A stretch of 63,804 nucleotides of DNA, the filler included, from an uncultured bacterium (GTDB taxonomy: Bacteria > CAYUVA01): NCBI GenBank assembly GCA_964448115.1. It is 3 parts of 3 records of this genome, joined end to end, with 100 filler letters (N's around TTAATTAATTAA, not from the genome) between each part and the next. Parts side by side here need not be neighbours in the genome. Positions count along the whole stretch, not along the records: positions 1 to 29,399 come from CAYUVA010000049.1; 2 more parts are not named here. One strand, given 5' to 3'. The notes beneath the pieces were generated by a model. The model did no database searches, was not told where the DNA came from, and saw only the letters and a program-made list of their open reading frames with translations. Every line of letters starts with the position of its first letter. Position 1 is the stretch's first letter. Made by a program: the position numbers and the translations under genes. Positions 8,533 through 17,015 of the stretch are shown here, piece by piece.

Positions 8533-8779
8533 TCAATGGAGATGAGACAAAGTCAGCGGGAGAGGATAAAGTTCCTCATTATCAGTCCGATGACTGCGTT
8601 CAATGAAACCATTGCGCCACGGGCTTCCTAGAGGAATTAGCATATAAGCCATCCCCAAGCTCTCCACTGCCTTTTGAGATGCTGTCCGCCGCTCAGGATG
8701 AAATGTGTTCTTCGGGATACAAGCGTTTGACCTCTTGTCGTTGCTTGAGTCTCAAGGCTGCATTGGCATGAAGTGGCAT
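8533..8779 (-). pseudogene. Internally deleted IS481-family transposase remnant
   Basis: GAGGTG RBS then MPLHANAALRLKQRQEVKRL (8779-8693); in another frame LGMAYMLIPLGSPWRNGFIERSHRTDNEELY (integrase-core motif). Confidence 0.75.
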
Positions 8780-8855
8780 AGTAACACCTCATTTTGCCAA
8801 ACAGCATAGTGTATGCAAAACTAGTATATCAACACATCTAAAGACTATAATCCCC

Positions 8856-10925
8856 CTAATCAACCATCTCCACCAGTGTATTTACTGCTTCTTCGCGTCC
8901 CACCACTATGAGAATATCGCCCTTTTCCAGCTTACTATCCGGCGAGGGAACCTCGTTGCATCTCTCAGCCTCCTTCAGCTCTCCATCTATCTCCATCCAC
9001 ACTATCTTTTTTATTGCGATGACATTTATATTGTAATTAGCACGCAGATCAAGCTCCTTAAGCGACTTGCCGATGAAGCTCCCTGGCACTGGAAGCGCTC
9101 GTATAGTATATCCCTTGCGCAGTTCGATATAGTCCCTACGGGGTCTTTGTTTCTCCTCGCGGATGAATTTTAGGGTGGATAGGTCATCCATCAGCAGCAC
9201 CTCTCGATTATATGCAGCTATAACATCGCGATAGGTAACCAGGCCGACATAACTATGGTCATCCTCGCCTCTAATCACCGGCAGGGAATCTAAATCATAC
9301 TTGCTAAGGATCTCCATGCTCTTTGCCAGATCATCATCGAGGGTAATCATCGGGGGATTGGGCTGCATAAGGTCTCCAGCCACCACCAGGCTATCAAGCC
9401 TTCTTTCATTCAGGAAGCGCTTGATATCGTTTAATCGAATATATCCGACCAGCTTACCTTGACGATCGGTTACATAATAGCTGCCTTGATTGCTAGCCAT
9501 AGCATGTTCCAGCAAGTCTTTGAATGGGGTTGCGATGTTGATCGATTCAACATCGGTGCGCAGTATATCTCTCGCCTTGATGGAGCGCATTATCCGCTCC
9601 TCCCTTCCACCGAGGATATTGATTCCCCGACGCGCTAGTTTGATCGTATAGATAGATTCGCGGTGGATTATGGCTGAAAGGGTAGCGCTTATGATACAAC
9701 AAAACATCAGAGGGAGGATGATCTTGTAATCGCCGGTCATCTCAAAAAGGATAAGAATGGCTGTAATAGGCGCTCTTGTGGTGCCGGATACAAGTGCAGC
9801 CATTCCAGCCATTGCGTATGCTCCGCTCTGAGCAGTGATATTCGGAAGCAAGCTGTGGATTACCTGTCCGAAAGCGCCGCCGGTAACGGCACCAATAAAG
9901 AGCGATGGAGCAAATATGCCCCCTGAAAAACCGCTCCCTAGGGTCATAGAGGTAGCAATGAGCTTGACTAATATAAGCAAAAGCATCAGCTTGAGTTCTA
10001 GCCTGCCAAAGATCACCTCCTGGATCGTCTCGTAGCCGTTACCCAGCGTGTTGGGGATAATTATACCAATAAAGGCAATCATTACTCCGCCAACAAGTGC
10101 GGTCATATATTTAGGAATTGGCAGCCTATCGAAGATTTCCTCGCTGTAGTACAACGATTTAATGAACAGAACCGAGATGAGCGCAGTTATGACACCGAGC
10201 ACAAAGTAAAGCGGCAGCTCCAATGGACTGACCAATGCGTAATGAGGAACATCGAATGCCGGATGATCGCCAAGAAATATTCTGCTTATGACCGTTGCCG
10301 AGACAGCCGAGATTACTATGGGGCTGAAGGTGCCAATGCCAAAGTCGCCCAGAATAATTTCCAGTGCGAAGATTGAACCGGCTACTGGCGCGTTGAAGGT
10401 GGCTGCGATGCCGGCTGCTGCACCACAACCGACCATGATGCGCAGGCGATTTTGGCTTACCTTTAGCAACTGTCCCACCCATGAGCCTATCGAAGATCCG
10501 ATCTGTACGATGGGTCCCTCTCGTCCAGCAGAGCCTCCAATGCCTATTGTGATGCCAGAGACCAGCAGTTTTATCAGGGAGACTCGAGGTCTGATCCTTC
10601 CACCATTGACCGCAACGGCTGCCATGACCTCGGGCACCCCATGCCCTTTTGCCTCCCTAGCTAAAAAGTAGATGATGGGTCCAACCATAAGCCCACCTAA
10701 CGACATTACCAGCAAGATTCTCCACCACGATACAGGGGAGAGCACTTCAAGAAAATTGCCACTGCTGCCATAGGATATCTTCTGTACCAGGTAGATGAAG
10801 TGATAGAAGCCAACTGCTCCAAAGCCACCAAGAATGCCGATAATTACCGCTACCCCAATGAGAGGAAATGCCCCCGGAAAGCGGAGGCGGTTGAAGATCT
10901 CTGGAATCTTTTTATCTTTCAACAT
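8856..10925 (-). CDS. CLC-family anion channel/transporter with CBS pair and C-terminal RCK_C (TrkA-C) domain
   Basis: GHGVP, GREGP, GGIFAP motifs; CBS repeats; tail GKSLKELDLRANYNINVIAIK...LEKGDILIVVG. Confidence 0.92.
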   Translation of the reverse strand: MLKDKKIPEIFNRLRFPGAFPLIGVAVIIGILGGFGAVGFYHFIYLVQKISYGSSGNFLEVLSPVSWWRILLVMSLGGLMVGPIIYFLAREAKGHGVPEVMAAVAVNGGRIRPRVSLIKLLVSGITIGIGGSAGREGPIVQIGSSIGSWVGQLLKVSQNRLRIMVGCGAAAGIAATFNAPVAGSIFALEIILGDFGIGTFSPIVISAVSATVISRIFLGDHPAFDVPHYALVSPLELPLYFVLGVITALISVLFIKSLYYSEEIFDRLPIPKYMTALVGGVMIAFIGIIIPNTLGNGYETIQEVIFGRLELKLMLLLILVKLIATSMTLGSGFSGGIFAPSLFIGAVTGGAFGQVIHSLLPNITAQSGAYAMAGMAALVSGTTRAPITAILILFEMTGDYKIILPLMFCCIISATLSAIIHRESIYTIKLARRGINILGGREERIMRSIKARDILRTDVESINIATPFKDLLEHAMASNQGSYYVTDRQGKLVGYIRLNDIKRFLNERRLDSLVVAGDLMQPNPPMITLDDDLAKSMEILSKYDLDSLPVIRGEDDHSYVGLVTYRDVIAAYNREVLLMDDLSTLKFIREEKQRPRRDYIELRKGYTIRALPVPGSFIGKSLKELDLRANYNINVIAIKKIVWMEIDGELKEAERCNEVPSPDSKLEKGDILIVVGREEAVNTLVEMVD

Positions 10926-11050
10926 AACAATATATATGCTTTCTGGAAGTGTGGGACAGTCAATATTAAACGACCGAAATAGTTAACTTAACAGGTTAAT
11001 ATATTTTGCAGAAATCAGTATTAAAAGGATCATAAACCTCGAAGGAACCA

Positions 11051-12766
11051 TCACTTGTTCCTCTCCTTCCATATCACCTGTTTGTACTTCATGATCAGCT
11101 CCTTGTCGTATCCATAGCTTTCTGCCTTGTCCAACTCCTTTTCCGCCTGGTTCAGCTCTCCCTGTTTGAGCAAGTTTGTGAAATTTACAATCGCCATCTC
11201 TGCAAGCTCGCTTTTTATTTGCTCAATCCTCCCCTTAACATCGAGCACCTCGTCAATATAAACCGCCGGGTCGTGCTTTAGGGCGCGGGTATAGTAGTCA
11301 AGGGCTTTTTTGAGGCTTATCTCGCTCTTCTCCTCTGACTCCGCAAGGTATCCAAGCCTGAGTAGGGCTTTAGCCCTCATTCCATCTAGATCAAAGGTAT
11401 CCAATTTCTCCTTGGGGATATAGTTTTCGGCTATATTGAGGTAAAAAAGTGCTCGATTCTGATTCTCCAGCCTGGTCGATTTTAGATATTCCTTTGCCAC
11501 TGCGATAGCGATATTCCCGACAAAGGTCTTAGCCTGTTGTTCGTTGCCGAATGTAGCCCCAGAGCGCAATGCCTTTTTCATTTGCAGATCGAGCTTATCG
11601 AACCAGTGATAGTTATCGCCACCCATGCTTAGATTATCGTTGATATTAAATCCCCATGGCAGATACTTGCCTTTAAGCAAAATCAGGTTTTTCTTCGCTG
11701 GATTATATCGAACCATGTAGGTGCGGCTGTTTTTCATGCATAGGATAAAGAATCCGAGAACCAGTATTACGAGTAGTGCGCCCCAGAAATAGACCGCCTT
11801 GTTTCCGACAAAGACATCATCCAGCTCGGCTGAGACCCTTATTTTATCAGCCTCTTTTCTTGACTTTAACTCTTCTGCAATTCGAGAATCGATTGCATCT
11901 TTTTCTTTTCTACCCTTCTTTTTTGCTGAAGGGATCGCCTCGCCTTCATCTTCGTATAGCTTGAATCCCTTGAGCTTTCTGTCCCCCTGGTAGGCATCGA
12001 CCTCTTTTTCAAAGTTGCTTCCCTCCAGGGATATTATGGTTACATTATCCGGTGCTCCCCTTTCCTTTACCTCTGCGATGAGCTTATCAACCAGGTTAGC
12101 AGGGTCACCGGGATTGTCGATTACATACTCGAAGATCTCCTCGTCAGACATGACCCCATGCAGTCCGTCGGTGCACAAAAGATAGTGATCCGTATTGCGG
12201 TAGGGTATAGTGCTTATCTCCACCTCGACATCAGGACTTCCGCCGAGCGCACGAGTGATTATATTCTTGAAGGGTGAGCGACCCGCTTCCTCCTCGGTGA
12301 TAGCCTCGGAATCTATAAGCTCCTGAACCCGTGAGTGATCCTTGGTTACCCTCTGGATAGAGTCCTTGGTAATGCGATATAGCCTGCTATCCCCCACATG
12401 ACCGATGAAGATTGTATCATCTTCGATGAGAGCGACCACAACCGTTGTTCCCATGCCGAGCTGATCTGGATTCTTTTCAGCGTGATTAAAGATCTCCCGG
12501 TTAGCTATCTTGATCGCATTGGTGATATCCTTGATGTTGTCCCCGTAGGGATCGAGGGACTGTTCCTTCTTAGCCCTTCTGGACTCGGCGGTGCGTATGA
12601 AGTACTCGTTTATCTTATCCACAGCCAGTTTGCTCGCCAGCTCCCCGGCTGCATGACCTCCCATGCCATCTGCCACCACGAAGAGCATCTGCCTTTCGTT
12701 TATGAGCAGCGCATCCTGGTTGTTGTTTCGCTTATTGCCGGGATCGGTTTTTCCAGCAGCCTTCAT
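11051..12766 (-). CDS. PP2C/Stp1-family Ser/Thr phosphatase with TM helix and TPR-like C-terminal region
   Basis: RNNNQDA, VADGMGGH, MGTT, HVGDSR, TDGL, DNVT motifs; TM helix near aa 325-345. Confidence 0.9.
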   Translation of the reverse strand: MKAAGKTDPGNKRNNNQDALLINERQMLFVVADGMGGHAAGELASKLAVDKINEYFIRTAESRRAKKEQSLDPYGDNIKDITNAIKIANREIFNHAEKNPDQLGMGTTVVVALIEDDTIFIGHVGDSRLYRITKDSIQRVTKDHSRVQELIDSEAITEEEAGRSPFKNIITRALGGSPDVEVEISTIPYRNTDHYLLCTDGLHGVMSDEEIFEYVIDNPGDPANLVDKLIAEVKERGAPDNVTIISLEGSNFEKEVDAYQGDRKLKGFKLYEDEGEAIPSAKKKGRKEKDAIDSRIAEELKSRKEADKIRVSAELDDVFVGNKAVYFWGALLVILVLGFFILCMKNSRTYMVRYNPAKKNLILLKGKYLPWGFNINDNLSMGGDNYHWFDKLDLQMKKALRSGATFGNEQQAKTFVGNIAIAVAKEYLKSTRLENQNRALFYLNIAENYIPKEKLDTFDLDGMRAKALLRLGYLAESEEKSEISLKKALDYYTRALKHDPAVYIDEVLDVKGRIEQIKSELAEMAIVNFTNLLKQGELNQAEKELDKAESYGYDKELIMKYKQVIWKERNK

Positions 12767-13415
12767 CTAGTTCGATTCCTTCTTGGTCAAGGATATCCCT
12801 TGCCAGATTCAATGCTTCCTGTTCTTTTCCTTGTCTAAGCCTTTCAAATATATCTGAATCGATCAATTTTTCAAATAGGATCTTTCGAGCTTGCTCATTT
12901 TTAATCTGTTTTTTTATGATCTCCCGAAGATCGCTCATAAGGTCGAGAAAGATCTCGTACTCATCGCCGATTATCTCGGCAAGTTTTATGCGCAATTCTC
13001 TAGCCAGAGCTGGACTGGCGCCGCTAGTGCTGATCGCTACTTGCAGCAGTCCGCGGCGCAGGGTTGCTGGCACGATGAAATTGCAGTGCTCGGGATCATC
13101 TACCATGTTCACCAGTTTCCCCTTCTCGATCGCCTCATTGTAAACCTGTTGATTGATCATCGGCTCATCGGTGCATCCAAAGATGAGGAAGAAATCCTGA
13201 AGATCTCCAGGTTGGTAGCCTCTATTCCGATAGATGATCTCCCCTTTATCCACCAATCTTTCAATCTCGGGTATTACGGCAGGGGCGATCAGGGTAACTT
13301 TGGCCTTTGCCTCAAGTAACCCTTGGACCTTGCGGGCAGCCACCTTACCGCCACCTATCACTAGGACAGGCTTGTCGTGTAAGTCCAGAAAGATAGGGTA
13401 GTATCGGGCATTCAA
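12732..13415 (-). CDS. sirC: Precorrin-2 dehydrogenase/sirohydrochlorin ferrochelatase (SirC, CysG N-terminal type)
   Basis: YYPIFLDL, GGGKVA, NMVDDPEHCNFIVPA, ISTSGASP. Confidence 0.9.
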   Translation of the reverse strand: MNARYYPIFLDLHDKPVLVIGGGKVAARKVQGLLEAKAKVTLIAPAVIPEIERLVDKGEIIYRNRGYQPGDLQDFFLIFGCTDEPMINQQVYNEAIEKGKLVNMVDDPEHCNFIVPATLRRGLLQVAISTSGASPALARELRIKLAEIIGDEYEIFLDLMSDLREIIKKQIKNEQARKILFEKLIDSDIFERLRQGKEQEALNLARDILDQEGIELDEGCWKNRSRQ

Positions 13416-13873
13416 TGCTGAGAAGATCCTTTCAGGCTCTTGACCGTGGAGATGAACTGCCCGGCATCCTTGAAGGAGCGATATACTGAGGCGAAACGGA
13501 TATAGGCGACCTCATCTATCTCCTTTAGGCGACGCATTATATGCTCACCGATGATCTTGGTCGAGACCTCCTTTTCGTCAGATTCCAGGACGATCGCTTC
13601 CACCTCCTCGACGATTTTTTCCAGGACAGCCATCTTGATATTCCTTTTCTGGCAAGCTTTCATTAGCCCAGCCAGAACCTTCTGGTGGCTGAAGTCCTCC
13701 CTTGCGCCATCCTTTTTTATGACCTTCAGGTTCACCTGCTCGATGCGCTCGTAGGTAGTGAACCGTTTCCCGCATCGATAGCACTCGCGGCGACGGCGGA
13801 TGGAAACCCCATCAGCAGAGGCACGAGAATCGATAACTCGATCATCGAGGTTGCCGCAGTAAGGGCATTTCAT
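13412..13873 (-). CDS. nrdR: Transcriptional repressor NrdR
   Basis: MKCPYC, IRRRRECYRCGKRFTTYE, ATP-cone, AYIRFASVY. Confidence 0.97.
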   Translation of the reverse strand: MKCPYCGNLDDRVIDSRASADGVSIRRRRECYRCGKRFTTYERIEQVNLKVIKKDGAREDFSHQKVLAGLMKACQKRNIKMAVLEKIVEEVEAIVLESDEKEVSTKIIGEHIMRRLKEIDEVAYIRFASVYRSFKDAGQFISTVKSLKGSSQH

Positions 13874-13883
13874 GTGATGCTCC

Positions 13884-14417
13884 CTAGGGTAAAATTATCA
13901 TCTCTACGCCAGCCTCGGCAAGAAGCTCATCGGCTAGCGGATCATCGTAATGATGTCGATAAAGTATGCGCTTTATGCCGGCGTTTATACACATCTTGGC
14001 GCAGACCACGCAAGGCTTGGTGGTGCAATACATATCCGCGCCAGCGATGCTGACCCCGTGATGAGCTGCCTGGATGATGGCGTTTTGCTCCGCATGAAGC
14101 CCACGACAAAGCTCATGTCTCTCCCCGGAGGGGATCTTATATTTAGCCCTTATACAACCTGCTCGATCAGCATGGGAAACCCCGCTGGGAGCGCCGTTAT
14201 AGCCGGTTGCCAATATCCTTCTATTCTTCACCACGATAGCTCCCACGCGCCGGCGCAGGCAGGTTGAGCGCAGGCTCACCAGCTCGCAGATCATAATGAA
14301 ATACTCATCCCAAGAGGGGCGGACGATGCTTGTATTATCCAAGCTACAAAGCGCTTCATCTTTTAGTTGAAGCCATTTATTGATATCGTATAGCAGCCTT
14401 GATGAATCCTCATTCAT
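13884..14417 (-). CDS. dCMP deaminase family protein
   Basis: [26 protein letters not shown] zinc motifs. Confidence 0.9.
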   Translation of the reverse strand: MNEDSSRLLYDINKWLQLKDEALCSLDNTSIVRPSWDEYFIMICELVSLRSTCLRRRVGAIVVKNRRILATGYNGAPSGVSHADRAGCIRAKYKIPSGERHELCRGLHAEQNAIIQAAHHGVSIAGADMYCTTKPCVVCAKMCINAGIKRILYRHHYDDPLADELLAEAGVEMIILP

Positions 14418-14880
14418 CTAGTTCATCCATGACCTGGTTGATCATATCATTGCGTCGCTGGTAACGATCCGGCTGGGTAATAAAGTCGGTCTCAAGCCAT
14501 ACCTTTACTATCTCCAACCCGAGATCACCCCCCACAACCCTTCCCCCCATAGCGAGAATATTGGCATTGTTGTGCTTACGCGACATCATGGCAGTAAAGA
14601 TATCATTGCACAATGCGCAACGTATCTGGGGATGACGATTGGCGGTCATGCTCATCCCGATGCCGGTGCCGCATACCAGGATCCCTCTATCAGCATCCTT
14701 TTTAACCACCGCTTTTACGACCTTGGCTGCATATACGGGGAAATCGACCGATAGCGGGGCATCATCGGATAGATCAAAAACCTTTTCTATGACACCTCTA
14801 TCTTCGAGTTCATTCAGATAATCGAGTATGCGATTTTTCAGCTCCCTTCCCCCATGATCACATCCTAGGGCTATTCTCAT
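14410..14880 (-). CDS. rpiB: Ribose-5-phosphate isomerase B
   Basis: [19 protein letters not shown] motifs. Confidence 0.95.
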   Translation of the reverse strand: MRIALGCDHGGRELKNRILDYLNELEDRGVIEKVFDLSDDAPLSVDFPVYAAKVVKAVVKKDADRGILVCGTGIGMSMTANRHPQIRCALCNDIFTAMMSRKHNNANILAMGGRVVGGDLGLEIVKVWLETDFITQPDRYQRRNDMINQVMDELDE

Positions 14881-14913
14881 GCCGCCTCCTTGCTTCAGTC
14901 CTTTCTTTTATAG

Positions 14914-14942
14914 ATACTATATATAGAAGTCTTTTTTGTCAA
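14914..14942 (-). promoter_or_regulatory. Sigma-70 promoter of the rpiB-nrdR operon overlapped by an NrdR-box-like palindrome
   Basis: TTGACA(14942-14937)-17-TAGTAT(14919-14914); palindrome CTATATATAG at 14917-14926. Confidence 0.6.
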
Positions 14943-15122
14943 GAATACGATATAGGGCTTTTGATCCAAAGCTCGAAGCACCTGGCACCTTTTCTTGTCA
15001 TTGACGTATCCTGGATTTTAAACCGAGAATTTGGGGTAACAACTGATTACTGACAACCCGGTCCATATATTCTATAGTATTTTATTGCTGTCATTAACAG
15101 GTAAGCAAGTATTCATCAGTTC

Positions 15123-17015
15123 ATGGATAGCTACCAAAAGGTAATACGGATATTGATGCCCTCTTTGTTGTGTCTTTTCGCATTCCTTTTAGCAATCACT
15201 CCCATAATGAACCTCGATTTCTGGTGGCATATTGCGGTAGGAAGGCTGCTTTGGGAAAATGGCATCCTGCCTGATAAGGATCTTTTCAGCCACACTGCGC
15301 AAGGTCTTGCTTGGGATAACAAGGAATGGCTCTTTGATGTGATCCTTTACCTGGTGGTCAAGCACTTAGGTATTACCAGCGCCACCTTATTCAAGGCACT
15401 TTTGGTCGCTATTTGGATCTACCTGGTCTATAGGGTCATCGAAAAGCAAAGCGCTCAGCCTGCTCTATCCGCCCTGTTCAGCATTATTATTCTCTACAGC
15501 AGCCGGCTTATCTTCACCGAGCGCCCTTGGCTGGTAACCATCCTTTTTGAGGCTTTGTTCCTGCTTATTTTGTTGGATTACAAGGATGTAAGAACCCCCT
15601 ATGTATGGATGCTTCCCTTGCTGATGGTCTTATGGGTCAATCTACATCCTGGAGCGGTGATCGGGCTGTTTATCGTATTTTGCTTTCTGCTCGATGAGTT
15701 GATACAAGGCACAGATAAAAGCAAAAGAGAGCCGGGGAAAGCTAAACCGGTGATTGCCAGGGAGATGTTCTCGACCTCCAGTCGCCTTTTTACCCTGGCG
15801 GTCGTTTTCCTCGCTGTGGCGGTTGCCATACTGGTAAATCCAGTTACCTTCAAGCGATACACCGCACCGGTGGAGCTTTTCTTCCTGGCAGGAGATTACA
15901 CCGCTGTTTTGAATGAGACCCAGGCGCCGACACTAACGAGTCATTCTGTATTTTTCATACTCTTGGCTTTGTGCATTATCATGTGGCTATTATTTATCAC
16001 CAAGACTCGTCCCAGCCAGGCGGTGCTTTTATGCTTTTTTGGCTTGGCTGCTTTATTTTGGCAACGAAACATTCCTTTATTTTCCACCGCATCCGCCTTT
16101 CTCATCGGCTCATCGATCCGCCAGTTGAGTAGGCTGAAAGAACCTGATATCAAGCATTTTCTTGACACCAACCGCATTGCCATCCAGTTGATAGCCATTA
16201 TGCTGCTCGCCTTGGGGTGTATACTGCTTCCTTGCTCCGACCACTTCGGTTTGGGGGTAAATCTCTCGGTTTTCCCTGACCAGGCGCTTGATTTTATGAG
16301 GAAGAATCACCTGGAGGGGAACCTGTATAATATTTATGACTGGGGAAGCTACCTTATGTGGAAAGGCTACCCCCAGTACAAGGTCTTTATCGATGGCAGG
16401 GGACCGGATGTCTATCCAATGAGGATATGGAGGGACTACCAGTCTATACAGCGTGGGGATGACCGCTATTCTCAATTATTAGACAAGTATGAGGTGGAGC
16501 TGGTCCTCGTCTCCACTGCCGATCGGCTGCAAAGGCTGATAAATCGGCTAAATTCCGATGGAAACTGGACACTGGCTTTCGGCAGCTATACAACCAGGCT
16601 TTATGTCAGGGATAAGGGAGTAAATGCCGGGTTCGTTGAAGTTCACAAGGGTATCTCTAGGTTTTGGGAGCTGCTTCCAGGTGAGCCGGATAAGGCTTTT
16701 ACCTTGATGCAAAACCTGGTCGATAAGTATCCTTATGAGGCGCATGGATACTATCACCTGGGTATATATTACGGGCAGGCAACCAAAGATTACAAAAGGG
16801 CGATCGAGATGTTCAACAAGGCTATCAAGCTAGCGCCCAACTTCGCCGATGCATATAACAACCTGGCAGTGGTCTATAGCTTGATCGGAGACCATGAAAA
16901 TGCACTAAAGAGCCTCCAGGATGGATTAAAGGCAGCCCCGGATTCCAGGATTCTAAGGCAAAACCTGAACCTTCTCAAAGGGAAAATGCGTACCGATGGT
17001 AAAGCTGGAAGATAG
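15123..17015 (+). CDS. Polytopic membrane protein (GT-C-like) with C-terminal TPRs
   Basis: DFWWHIAVG, many TM helices, WVNLHPG, FIDGR, TPR repeats. Confidence 0.75.
   Translation: MDSYQKVIRILMPSLLCLFAFLLAITPIMNLDFWWHIAVGRLLWENGILPDKDLFSHTAQGLAWDNKEWLFDVILYLVVKHLGITSATLFKALLVAIWIYLVYRVIEKQSAQPALSALFSIIILYSSRLIFTERPWLVTILFEALFLLILLDYKDVRTPYVWMLPLLMVLWVNLHPGAVIGLFIVFCFLLDELIQGTDKSKREPGKAKPVIAREMFSTSSRLFTLAVVFLAVAVAILVNPVTFKRYTAPVELFFLAGDYTAVLNETQAPTLTSHSVFFILLALCIIMWLLFITKTRPSQAVLLCFFGLAALFWQRNIPLFSTASAFLIGSSIRQLSRLKEPDIKHFLDTNRIAIQLIAIMLLALGCILLPCSDHFGLGVNLSVFPDQALDFMRKNHLEGNLYNIYDWGSYLMWKGYPQYKVFIDGRGPDVYPMRIWRDYQSIQRGDDRYSQLLDKYEVELVLVSTADRLQRLINRLNSDGNWTLAFGSYTTRLYVRDKGVNAGFVEVHKGISRFWELLPGEPDKAFTLMQNLVDKYPYEAHGYYHLGIYYGQATKDYKRAIEMFNKAIKLAPNFADAYNNLAVVYSLIGDHENALKSLQDGLKAAPDSRILRQNLNLLKGKMRTDGKAGR

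Noticed and set aside
8764-8778. Second sigma-54-like motif TGGCATGAAGTGGCA
   Set aside because: GG-to-GC spacing is one base short and it lies inside the IS481 coding remnant.
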